A stretch of 64,000 bases of DNA. It comes from Ramazzottius varieornatus (Eukaryota > Animalia > Tardigrada). The translations under genes and the position numbers were made by a program. The stretch covers positions 465,378 to 529,377 of the forward strand of contig BDGG01000014.1 in assembly GCA_001949185.1 (NCBI GenBank). Reading direction: 5' to 3'. This document shows, piece after piece, positions 11,221 through 21,786 of the stretch. Under the pieces are notes generated by a model, which was given only the letters and a program-made list of their open reading frames with translations, was not told the DNA's origin and ran no database searches. How positions within the stretch are numbered: position 1 is the stretch's first letter; each line of letters begins with the position of its first letter.

Positions 11221-12209
11221 TCAAGCGGCTCCGGGTTGTGGCGCAGCCGGCCTTGGAGCACCAGGAGCAGGTGCGCCAGGCACAACAGGAGCTTCTTGAG
11301 ATGGTGCGCCAGGCATCGGCGCGCTTGGCGCTGCAGCTCCTCCATTGTTGGCCTGAACTTCCTTCTTGACCGCTTCGATCTTTGCGGTGAAGGGAACTGG
11401 TGGTACAGCTTCTGAGTCTTTGCAGGGTGGGAAAGGCATCTTGGTTGTGTCCCAGACAGTGAAGTGGAGGTCCATATCGGCGAAGCAGTACTTGTTCAAC
11501 TGCCTATTGATGGCGCTCTTTATGTAAGCCTTGGTCGCGGCGTCCAGTTTAGGCGGCATGACGCGCGTATTGACGAAGAACATAGGAACGTCGCAGAGGT
11601 TAAAGGTGGCGTTGGCGTTGGGTTTCAAGCAACGGGTCGTGATTTCCACCATTGTGTAGTCGGTGAAGAGAATGGCGAAACTGCCCTTACCTGTGAAACA
11701 ATGTAAGGTTTACTTTAGGAGGGACAAGAAATGGTGCGCCACTCACTGGAGTTTGTGGCGGTGCTGGTTCGCCACGCTTCACTGAGCTTCATGCCGGTGC
11801 CGGTGAAATCGGCGGTTTGGAAAATGGGGAAACAACTGTAAGGTTCAGTCGGTTTAAGGTTGAAGACGAGAGACTGACTGCGCCACTCCATGGCGACAAC
11901 CAGGGGGTTCTTGGTGCGTGTTCCCAGGACCGTGTAGGTGTTGACGGCGTTGGCGTCGTCAATGCCCGGCGTAACGTACATGTACTCGTACCACGTTCCC
12001 GCCATCTGCAATGGAGGTGAGGCTGGACAATTTACAAGGAAGTGGGAGGTATAAGTATAGGATCTTTATACAGTACCAACCTTTTCCACCTCGAGACCGT
12101 TCATGCCAGGAATATCCAGCGGTATGCCGCATTTCTTTGTTGACATTCGTTGCCCGCGTGTTATAGATATGAAAAGCACAGATGCAAGCACGGCGAACGA
12201 GAGCGCCAT
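11221..12209 (-). CDS. Secreted lipocalin (ApoD-like) with Pro/Ala-rich C-terminal tail
   Basis: Exons 12209-12081, 12005-11747 and 11690-11221 join in frame. Signal peptide MALSFAVLASVLFISITRG. Lipocalin SCR1 (MAGTWYEY), SCR2 (LFTDY) and an SCR3-like NTR; several Cys. Confidence 0.78.
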
Positions 12210-13481
12210 CCTGGGACTTTTAGGAACAAAATCTACAAAGCAAAGAAAACTCGAAATAGAAATTTGTGGTGGCAAAAATGAGAGGAACCTTACAGACAGG
12301 TAATGTTTTATACATACTCGGCCACGGGAGGTACATCATCAGTATGCAACAAACTTTGCGAGGTCACGCTGACGTGCACGATATTCATGCTCGAAGTAGC
12401 TACACGACACTGTTGAGGGAAAGTTGCAAATCTGGCAAATCTTGGTGTCTCACATCTTGAGATTTTCCGGCAATTGACGTCACCCGTTTGCTGTGCACTG
12501 CAAAGTTATGGAAGAACGGCTGCCCATCATTCCAAAAATCGATGACCAAAGGCTTGCAACAGGACAACGCAGTAGACGCGCATTGTTGTGTCGCTTGAAA
12601 TTGAGAAAGCTGTATTTCACGGTAATTTGCCAGGCGGAAGAGAGACATGAAGGATCGTATCCTGCGATAAGATCAAGGAGGCCGTACGCGTGTTGGCTGG
12701 CCCATAAAAGGTGATATGTCGGAGCAGAAACGTAGTACACGAACGACGGGATATCATAGGTCAGTAGCTTGTCATATTAGCTTGCTATTTTACCGGAACG
12801 CGCACACCTTCAACAGTTCAAGCTAGTCTAAGGCTTCTTCGGGAGAAAGCTGGGCTCCTGCTCACCCGCTTCAGGTAAAGCTGGGCTCCTGCTCACCTTT
12901 CAGCCACTGGTCAAACCTCTGGTTTGAGTGCCAAGCGTGCCAACTTGGAATGTACGCGTATCTGAATGTTCCCTAGATCCTCATTCCTCATGTCAAAAAT
13001 GGGCCAGAAAGTCGCCATGACCAAAAGCGCCAGTTAGCAAAAACCAGCGACTGTTGTTATGGCGTTAACCCGCGTTTGGTATGAATAGTTATTAGGTGCC
13101 GAAGTACCGTATGACTTGTTTAGTCGGCGTAAGGGCTGACAGGATTGTTCTGCTCGACCTTGAGTGCTTATCGTGAGCACATACTAGGATCATAAAGCGA
13201 GGCAATTCACTATGGTGTACTAAGTAAACTCTGTGAATTATATTGCTACAGCACAAATATCTAATTGTAGGCGTGATCTTCCGTGTCCTTCCTGTAATCT
13301 TTGGCCAATCTTGAGTACGCAGAATCCTGCAATTCCCTTTAGAAAAATATTTACAAGAGGCAGAAGTGGATGTTGTAGTACTGGTCATATGTAAATCACA
13401 AATGTGGCGGTAGCAAAGACGATCAGACACCAGTTCGAGCCAGGCGTTGAGGGCGACGCGGACAATGGATGGAAGCTTTCC

Positions 13482-14522
13482 CTAGTAGACGTAGTGCCTG
13501 GATAGCCCCAGGTTTGGACTTGGGCTCAAGTGAGTAGATCTATACCATGGAACATACGCAGCGCGAAAGGCTGTCCGGAAGTCTGGAAGAGCGAGGACAA
13601 ACCACACCGGATCTAGCACGGCATTCAGCTCGTAAAGTATGGCAGCTGGTGTGTTCAAGCTGTCGATGCTTGCACCGAAAGTTATTATCAGGGTGTAATA
13701 CAAATTTTCGGGCGTGTAACAGACAAAGATGGTTAAAGTCATCAGCGTAAGCATCAGGAATCCGTGGTCAGTTTTACGTAATAGCACTCTCCAACAAAGG
13801 AACTGTCTATACTGAGCGCGGCGGCTACCAAGGGAATTGCTGGCTTCGCCGCTGCTGCTCGTCGGTCGTATCCTGATCAGACGTCTTTTGGATAATTGGT
13901 AGCAGACCACAACATACGCCAGGATGATGAACAGCTCAGGGCCATTGTATAGTGAAAATTGCAATGTCGTCCACCACACTTTGTTGACGTCAGTGTTGAC
14001 CTGACAGCCGTTAGTTTCTTCCGGTAACCGATAGTACAACGCATCCACCACAAGACCTGGCACGGTAACGACGTGGAGGTATATCCACATTCCCAAACAC
14101 GCAATTACCGCTGTTTTCTTAGTGTGTTGACGGTAAGACACGGGATAGGTTACTGCCCAAAGTCGGTTCATGGCAATCAGGACGTGAGAGTTGCACATGG
14201 CGCTCTGGGCTACCGTCGAGGCGTATTGGTACAAGGTGCAGATGGACGTGCCGGTCCACCAAACAGTGTAGACGTCGTTTAGAAGCTCCAGTGGGTAGTA
14301 CAGTACCGAGCACATGGTGTTAGCAGCTAATAAGTTGATCAGGTAGATGGTAAAGGGCGTTCGGAGGGACACATGTTTGGCAAACAAAAGGATGACACTG
14401 AGGTTGGTGCATAATCCCCCCACTAGCATGAACACATTGAAGGTGGAAATTGGTGTCCAAGTCAGTACGTTACCGGTACCGTTAGGCCTCCCAGTGAAGT
14501 TAACTGCTCCGCTTCCCATCAT
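13482..14522 (-). CDS. Intronless rhodopsin-like (class A) orphan GPCR, subfamily A
   Basis: 346 aa, seven hydrophobic segments, LRTPFTIYLINL, Cys at top of TM3 and in ECL2, AMNRLWAVTYP, CYTP, LDPVWF, N-terminal N-glycosylation sequons. Confidence 0.9.
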   Translation of the reverse strand: MMGSGAVNFTGRPNGTGNVLTWTPISTFNVFMLVGGLCTNLSVILLFAKHVSLRTPFTIYLINLLAANTMCSVLYYPLELLNDVYTVWWTGTSICTLYQYASTVAQSAMCNSHVLIAMNRLWAVTYPVSYRQHTKKTAVIACLGMWIYLHVVTVPGLVVDALYYRLPEETNGCQVNTDVNKVWWTTLQFSLYNGPELFIILAYVVVCYQLSKRRLIRIRPTSSSGEASNSLGSRRAQYRQFLCWRVLLRKTDHGFLMLTLMTLTIFVCYTPENLYYTLIITFGASIDSLNTPAAILYELNAVLDPVWFVLALPDFRTAFRAAYVPWYRSTHLSPSPNLGLSRHYVY

Positions 14523-14961
14523 TGCGATCTGCCCTAAAACAGAAGAACGAAGTGGTGGCTGCTGCGAGACTTTGGTAGCGTAGGTCGACCGTCTGTTGAT
14601 GGTATATCGATGGAGTTTTATGTCAAGAGCTGGCCCTGGACTGCAGGACGTACGCTGGGAGACTGTCAGCTCACCCCCCGGGACTGCGTCAATAAATCGA
14701 AGTCTGATCTTTTAATCCAATCAGTAGACCACAAGATCAGCCTTGATGACATTTTGTCGTCAAGTTCCCTGTACGACCAGCTGATTGGCCGAGCCTGACG
14801 CTTCAACAGATATCAAGCCATAAGGTTGTCTGGTTAATATTTTCCTATACTGCTTCACTCTTAACACCACGATCGGTAGCCTCAGAGAGACATCCGTTAC
14901 TTTTACTCTAACACGAGCACGACGCAAATTGGGGATTACGTGAGAGCAGGTGCTTGGCTGA

Positions 14962-15284
14962 GGCTTGGCGCAGGCAAGACAAATTAAGCCAATTGACTTA
15001 AGTAATGGAAGGAAATTGACCAAACTGCCCGAATTGCCCAAGTTTTCTCATAATTGCCTGAACGCATTCAATGGTTGTTCGTGGTGCTAGTCGTATGAAG
15101 AAGTGCGTTTGCGCTATCCACGACCTGTCGTTACGTACCTTCAATTACCGCGACGTTCTGGAATACATCACGGAAGCTTAGGTTAATATATAGAACTCCG
15201 GGCCATCAGGGGTAACCTCCGGGCAATTATGGTGAAAATTGATCCAAAGTCAATTGCCTTGAATTGTCTTGCCTGCGCCAAACC
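14962..15284. mobile_element. MITE with ~38 bp terminal inverted repeats (TIRs), PIF/Harbinger-like
   Basis: GGCTTGGCGCAGGCAAGACAAATTAAGCCAATTGACTT ... AAGTCAATTGCCTTGAATTGTCTTGCCTGCGCCAAACC, flanked by TGA/TAA. Superfamily assignment is tentative. Confidence 0.65.
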
Positions 15285-17871
15285 TAAAGATAGGTTTAAT
15301 TAAGATCACCAGACCATTTGTTATAGCCTCCCTGTATCTCATCTAGATGAATGTCTAAGACAACAGGCCTGATCCGTTGTGTACAGACAATCCACTTATG
15401 GCCTGCAAGTTATTTAGCCGACGAAAGGGGGAAGGGTGGGTGGGCCGAACCCTTTAATCCGACCATGCTCGAAAGGTCGGATCGATAATGACGGTCTCGC
15501 TCGCGATTGCCACTTTACTGTGGTCAATTAGCCAAGGGACGATCTTAGATGAAAGAAGTCTGCCAAAGGTGATGTACGAGAGGCCGTAAACATGGATTAT
15601 ACTCCGTCGGCGTAAATTCACGTTTATGGGCCGGCCTTTTTTGTCTGAAGGACAAGCAGACGTGGCAACAGATGACTTGATTTTAAGTATCGGGTTGCTG
15701 CGACAACCTTGGCTCTTCGAGCCTCGGGTTATGTACTGTCACGTCAGCACGGGACATGATGTGCGCCCTAACGTGCTTCGGTGCCGCTCGTTTTACCGTC
15801 GAACTTCATTTGCACGATCGACTGATGGTGGCGACACATCCACGGTGAAACTGAAGATCAGGGAATTATGACGGAGTATATTACAGTGCGTGGCAGCCAA
15901 CCTGAGCTCCCCGGCTTTCTTCGCAGTAAAAAATTCCAGCATGCTGCTTTTATTTGATTCTTTTTCCACCGGCTCAGGCAAGTATCACGTGCGGACGTAT
16001 GACTTGCAACTTTTGAGGCAATAATTTTCGCAATACGCTCTGTGAACTGGCCACGGGAAGAGAAACCTGAGCTTGAAACCGCAACAGGAAGTTTTTCTTC
16101 CTCTTTTTATAAATTTTGTTCTCCAGGCAGTGGCTTAACGATTTTGAAGCCAGTCATGCCGATCATCAAAACAAAGTTAAGTCTCCATAAGACTAATTTC
16201 ACGGCGACTTCGAAACACTGAAAAGCCGGAATTTCCGTTTTTCCGGGTGCAAAAACAACCTGCAAAATGCGCCACTTTTGCGAGGTAGGGAGAATAGAAA
16301 TTGGTCCTGCCTCACGGACTTCTTGAGAACTTCTGGTGGGCTGCTCAGCGGATTCCACAGGGTGTACTCTTCGTTTAGCGGAAGTTGATTTGCGATTTGA
16401 ATTCTTTCAGCTCGTGGAATGTGAGATTTCGTTTTGGTATCTTGTTCAGGTTTCCACCCGTATAACTTTGGCACCCACTGTTTTGAAAGAAAACCTGATA
16501 GTGCTTTTGAAGAGCGTGAGTCGGAGTACTCGATCACGTACAGAGATTTTCGAAAGAATCCGAGCGCTGCAGGAGATTGTTTTCCGAAAGTGCTAAATTT
16601 TTTACAAAACTGCATTGATTACACTGATTCTGCAGCTTGACCAGCATTGACGAATTGTATGTCGAAGAACTATTTGAAAGCTAAATTTTAGTGCATTTTA
16701 TTGCGAAAGATTTGGAGGCGAACTCTTGTCCCGAAAGAGAGATTGATGTTCGGGTAAAAGATTTGATGTTCGGGAATGAGTTGCATGTCATACTTACGCA
16801 CTTGACACACTACCATCCTACTCCACGATTTGCTGGCGGATCTAAAGACAACACATTTTCTGGTGGGAAGTTGAACTGGTCAGACTCGGGAACTCAAAAC
16901 GATGCTTACGTTTCTCCGACTCGAAATTTTTGAGTGATCTAGTCCAGATAGAAACGGTCTTTTACACTGTGAAACAACCCGCCTGTTTACCCTAGCTTAA
17001 AGTAGCAGCTTTCCGGGCGTTTCGCTAAAGAAAACATGGAAACAGACAAGTTCTAGACATATATCTACCACAGGGTCTTACGTCGGGTTGACAACGGTAT
17101 GGCCTGATTTCATGCAAACTAAAATTTCTCAGAGTAAGTTCTTACATAACCAACCATCAAATCTGACGTAGAAATGAATGGGTTATCCGTTATAAACAAG
17201 TCCAGAAGAATTCATGACTTGTGAGAACCGTGAAAGTCGATCAGAAAGAGGAGCTCAAGTTGGCTGCTACGCACTGTGTGTGCACTGAAATGGCTCGGCT
17301 TGGATCGGCACTAATCGCACAGCATCAGTAGCGCGCACGTGTACCTCCTCGTCTAACTCATACCCTTTGCTAAAATCCATATTTCTTCGATCTCTTTTAG
17401 GCTACTTCAGGCTAAAGTAGTAAAAGAAAAACTGAATGTAACGTTGTTGTTTACCTTAAATTTTTTCCGATTTTTGAAGCATGCGAGCTGGGCGAAACAA
17501 AACATTATGTGTAACATGACGAAGTACCAAACACCGAAATTAGTTTCTCCCAGTACATTGCAACAACCCAGGCTCCGTTGCTGGGATGGTAGCGCGTTCT
17601 TCATACTGGCGAAAAGTAAATCTTTTCCATTCTTGGGCCGCAGACGGACAGTTGCCGGGACTCTCCCGCTCGATAACGGCGATCTGTTTGGACTGTCACT
17701 CCTAGGCTGGACGGGACTCGTAGGACCGAAATGGCGCTCGAGTGATGTCGGCTGCATGGTTTACCGCCAGATTGACTACCGGCTCTTGAAGCAACCGTGT
17801 CACACAAACAGTCATGTCAGCATCGGACCAATATCCTGCTCATAGCTTGGCAAAGCGCCTCGTTGGGATTT

Positions 17872-18897
17872 CTAGCAGCAACTGAATGTGCGGCTAAACT
17901 CGGCCCGAAAGTTTGGCAGGGCGAGCACAAACCACAGAGGATCGAGAACAGCGTTTAGCTCATACATAATGGCTGCAGGTAAAGCTAGACTGTTGACGCT
18001 CACCCCGTTAATTACTAATATGGTGAAGTAAACATTTCCTGGTGTGTAGCAGACGAGAATGGTCAGCGTCATCAGGGTGAGCATCAAAAATCCGTGCTCA
18101 GATCGACGACCCCATAATCTCCAGCATACATAGCGGCTACACGGGGCAGCTCCGTTATGTGCAGAGTGGTGTGGTCCCGTGCTGGTTGGGTGTCCGTGGG
18201 TTGAACGAGCCATACCGGCCAGCCGAGATGCGCGCTGCACCGGTTGCACGGCAGACTGTCGACGCTTAATCGTTCGGTAACAGACGACTAGATATACGGT
18301 TAGAATGACAGCCTCGGGTATGTTGAACAACAGAAACTGGATTGCTATCCACCACCATTTATTGACGTCGGTGTTAACCTGACAGCCGTTTGTCTCTTCC
18401 GGCAAACGGTAGTAGGCAGCGTCCAGCACAAGGCCAGGAAGAACCAGGAGATGAACGTAGGTCCAGGCCAAGAGGCAGACGATGGTCGCTGTTTTATTCC
18501 TGTGTTGACGGTAGGAAACAGACGACGACACCGCCCACAGACGGTTCAGCGCGATGAAGACGTGAGCATGCGACATGGCGCTTTGTGATATCCAGGATGC
18601 GTACTGGTACAGAGTGCAGATATATGCGCCAGACCACCATACAGCGTAAGCGTCGTTCAAAAGTTGTAGAGGGTAAAGGAAAACGGAACACATTGTGTTG
18701 GCCACCAGTAAGTTGACCAGGTAAATGGTGAATGGTGTACGGAGAAGGGGATTCTTGAAGAACAGATGGATAACGCACAGGTTAGTGCACGTCCTAGCAA
18801 GCATTATAAACACGTCAAAGGACAATAATGGTGACCAATTCAGCGTATTGGCGGTCACGTTCCAGCCATCAGTCGAACTATTCGTCTGGTTTGCCAT
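17872..18897 (-). CDS. Intronless rhodopsin-like orphan GPCR, subfamily A (paralog of 13482)
   Basis: Seven TM segments. Shares YYRLPEETNGCQVNTDVNK, HGFLMLTLMTLTI and YELNAVLDP with the 13482 gene. First ATG at 18897. Confidence 0.9.
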   Translation of the reverse strand: MANQTNSSTDGWNVTANTLNWSPLLSFDVFIMLARTCTNLCVIHLFFKNPLLRTPFTIYLVNLLVANTMCSVFLYPLQLLNDAYAVWWSGAYICTLYQYASWISQSAMSHAHVFIALNRLWAVSSSVSYRQHRNKTATIVCLLAWTYVHLLVLPGLVLDAAYYRLPEETNGCQVNTDVNKWWWIAIQFLLFNIPEAVILTVYLVVCYRTIKRRQSAVQPVQRASRLAGMARSTHGHPTSTGPHHSAHNGAAPCSRYVCWRLWGRRSEHGFLMLTLMTLTILVCYTPGNVYFTILVINGVSVNSLALPAAIMYELNAVLDPLWFVLALPNFRAEFSRTFSCC

Positions 18898-19471
18898 GGT
18901 CACCACGTTTAGCCACGTTTCGTAGCTTAACTGGAATGATTGACTCTGGAAAAAGGTCGGTTACGTGTTGTAAGTAGTGAAGTGAGACACTACTCAGCTT
19001 AGTGAGACACCACTCGGTGTGATGCATCCTGTTCACCCTTGCCACTCCAGCTACTTTCTTCGTAATGCTAAATATGTTATTCCGCACAGGAAGAGCATCC
19101 ATAAGTGATGGCCTCAGCAGTAGCCGTGCCCCGGTGACGTTTCGCCGATCTAGCTGAGCGCTGAACCAGTCAAGTGATCCGAACTTTTACCCTGGAGCTT
19201 TGGAGGATTTGTATGGGAGCAATCCACGGTGTAAGCTGGGCTTAGGCTCTTGATGAAAATTAATAAACCAGGCTCAAGAGGGCAAAGAACCAATGGAATA
19301 TATGTGGTATACTCCTGAGTGTGCCTCTTTACTGGGAATGGGAATTGTGCACCCTTCTGCTAATTTCTGATTTCGGTTGATCGCTGTAAAATATGGTCAG
19401 AATAGACCATTGTTGGTATGCCGGTGCTGATTCTATAGACCATGACATGCCGTGGTGCCACGGCGTTCGCT

Positions 19472-19521
19472 NNNNNNNNNNNNNNNNNNNNNNNNNNNNN
19501 NNNNNNNNNNNNNNNNNNNNN
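19472..19521. other. Assembly gap (50 N)
   Basis: Run of n characters. Confidence 1.
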
Positions 19522-19794
19522 TATTGGTTGTCTTCGGTGCTAATAATCCAGACGCCTTGCTCTGGTCATTCGGTCGGCCGGAACCGGAGATATAGAATGT
19601 CGAACATGAGATTGTGTGTTTTACGCGGCGAAAGACCCCGATCGGTATATCAGCAAAACTTTCTCTGTGAAGCGCGGAAAAATTCACATGTAGGCTTGTT
19701 CGAAAGATCGATAGTGGCTCTACGTTATACGGACAAGCAGATTGTGCTGACTATTGGCTGGCGCCCTTAGCACGATACCGAAAACAAGGTAGTT
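19522..19794. mobile_element. Right half of a foldback element related to 25325-25813, truncated by the gap
   Basis: Shares GAAAAATTCACA(T/C)GTAGGCTT...AAAGA(T/C)CGAT...CCCT(T/C)AGCAC...AAGGTA with 25490-25813. Confidence 0.65.
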
Positions 19795-19951
19795 TTTGAC
19801 ATTCGTTGACCGAGTACTGCCAGTTGAATTGTTGATGAGATCGCGTTAAAGCGACATGATCGTGAAGACAAAACGTTGTCCTCGTTACAAATCTTTGGAA
19901 TATCAAAATCGGCTGACAACGAACGATGTTAAGAACTTCTAAACAAAGATA

Positions 19952-20210
19952 CAGTCCTACCTGCGAGATGTGACAATTGCTTTTTCTGCGACTTTACATC
20001 AGTTTTGAACGAGACTGCCCGGCAGACGTCGCACAATACGATTAGCCGATAAACGTCTTATTCAAGGTTAACTTGATCAAGTAATCAAGTATACAACGGA
20101 TCAGCTAATCGGTCTAGGGCGAACAGTGTGGCGAGCAGCCTCGTGAACATATGGACCGCCCAAAACTGGAAATCGGGCGATTGAACTGTCACATCTCGCA
20201 GGTAGGACTG
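19952..20210. mobile_element. Tc1/mariner-type MITE
   Basis: Perfect 24-bp TIR CAGTCCTACCTGCGAGATGTGACA, flanked by TA on both sides. Confidence 0.9.
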
Positions 20211-20226
20211 TAGGGGGTGCCCAGAT

Positions 20227-20668
20227 TAGAGCACTGGGCCGCAGGTCCAAAAGTACGCTGTAACTGTGCTGCGCACATTACCAGGGCGCTGTACGCTGTG
20301 CTGTGCTGCACAACTTTCATGCCCAGTGGCTAAGCAGCTGTGCTGCAGATGCACCTTGACCTGGTGCAACTGCGCGGAACGCCGATGTATTGACGTGGTT
20401 TGTAATTCAGTCACGCGAAATCGGTAGTCAACCTGGAGAACGTTGCCCTAAAGTACGGCAAAGCTGAGACGGCTGACGTTCGAATGCCCAAAAACTGTAA
20501 TTTTTGTTAGGTTTCGGTAGGTGCATCTGCGCGGTAGTCTATGACTTTCTGCTGTATGCTGTGCTGTGCCGCACAAATTTCGTCAGTTCACGCGCTGCAG
20601 CTGTGCTGCAGCACAGCACAGCTGCAGTGCACTGCAGCGCATGCGGCCAGATTCCGTGCTCTACTCTA
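20227..20668. mobile_element. Non-autonomous hAT-type MITE, copy 2
   Basis: Near-identical to 8165-8580. TSD GCCCAGAT/GCCGAGAT. Terminal CTCTA is duplicated. Confidence 0.88.
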
Positions 20669-20739
20669 GCCGAGATACCTATGAGAGACAGTCTACATGG
20701 CTGTTTCTCGCCATGTCGTGCAGAACAGTGGGTACGGTT

Positions 20740-20952
20740 GGGTGACGTTAACTCTGTCCGACTAGGCGTGGCTGTGTCGGAGGCTTTGATGGGCCGACTC
20801 TAGACACTGGCTTCTGGGGTCGATTTTTGAAGTTGATTGACAATCAAGAACTTGACCAACTTGACCAAGCAGCCGTGGCAGTTGGTGTCCAGATTCAGCC
20901 AATCAGAGCCTCGGACACAGCCACGCCTAGTCGGAGGGATTCACGTCGCCAA
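20740..20952. mobile_element. Small foldback MITE
   Basis: TCCGACTAGGCGTGGCTGTGTC (~20757) is inverted at GACACAGCCACGCCTAGTCGGA (~20914). Imperfect arms of about 70 bp. Confidence 0.72.
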
Positions 20953-21786
20953 TAGTATCCCCTTCATCTACTTCCACCTCCGGCAGGATTTTTTGGACAT
21001 CTAGAGAGCCACGTAAGACTACCAGATGTGTTTTACACCCTATGGTTGTTGTGGTCGCAAAATCTGCCGTGGATAGTTTTCCAGGTTACGCGTCTTGAAT
21101 CAATCAACCGACAAAAAGGCCAGGTCATCAGCCCTACCCCGATCTCCTCCTTCTCGACGATCTTCAAACTCAAGCGACGTTCATCCAGCTTCCAATTTCC
21201 TCTCCTATGTGTGCTGAAGGCCACATAAGTCTACCAGGTACGTTCTGTACCCTATGGTGCTGTGTTCGTAAGCTGCCATTGTGCAGTTTTGCAGGTGGAT
21301 TCCCCCGATCAGCTGTTCCCGACGTGAACCAGTCAATCAAGAATCATTCGTATGGGACCCGAATCATTCGTATGGGACCCGTATACTGGACCCGAAAAAC
21401 GAAAACCAATTCCACTTCTCTCCCTCTCCGAGCCTCCCCTTCTCCACCTTGTCGATTCTGCCGCTTTGGGCCTTAAAGAAACAACACCGGGGACAAGCAC
21501 GCTTCCACCCGGTTCCTTGTAGGTTGTTTCCCACATCGATATAGCGGAATATGATGAGGTAGAACGTTTTTGCTGGTTAGAGTTATTTTACAGTGTACGA
21601 CAAAATTAACCGTTAAAAACGGGCGTAACACTCCAGCTGGAGCTCACTTACCCCTCAGCCAATGACAATTAGGTTTTGCTGTCAGCGCAAATTTCGTTGG
21701 CATTAGCCATCTGGCTCCATCCAATACCTATCTTTAACGGTTTATTTTGTCGTACACTGTAGGATGCTTCGTTGACTTTGCCTCTC

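Noticed and set aside
21341-21380. Short direct repeats (also 12846-12898, 25885-25921, 52288-52329) as CRISPR or regulatory arrays
   Set aside because: Only 2-3 adjacent units with no regular unique spacers and no cas genes, in a eukaryotic context. Simple slippage duplications.
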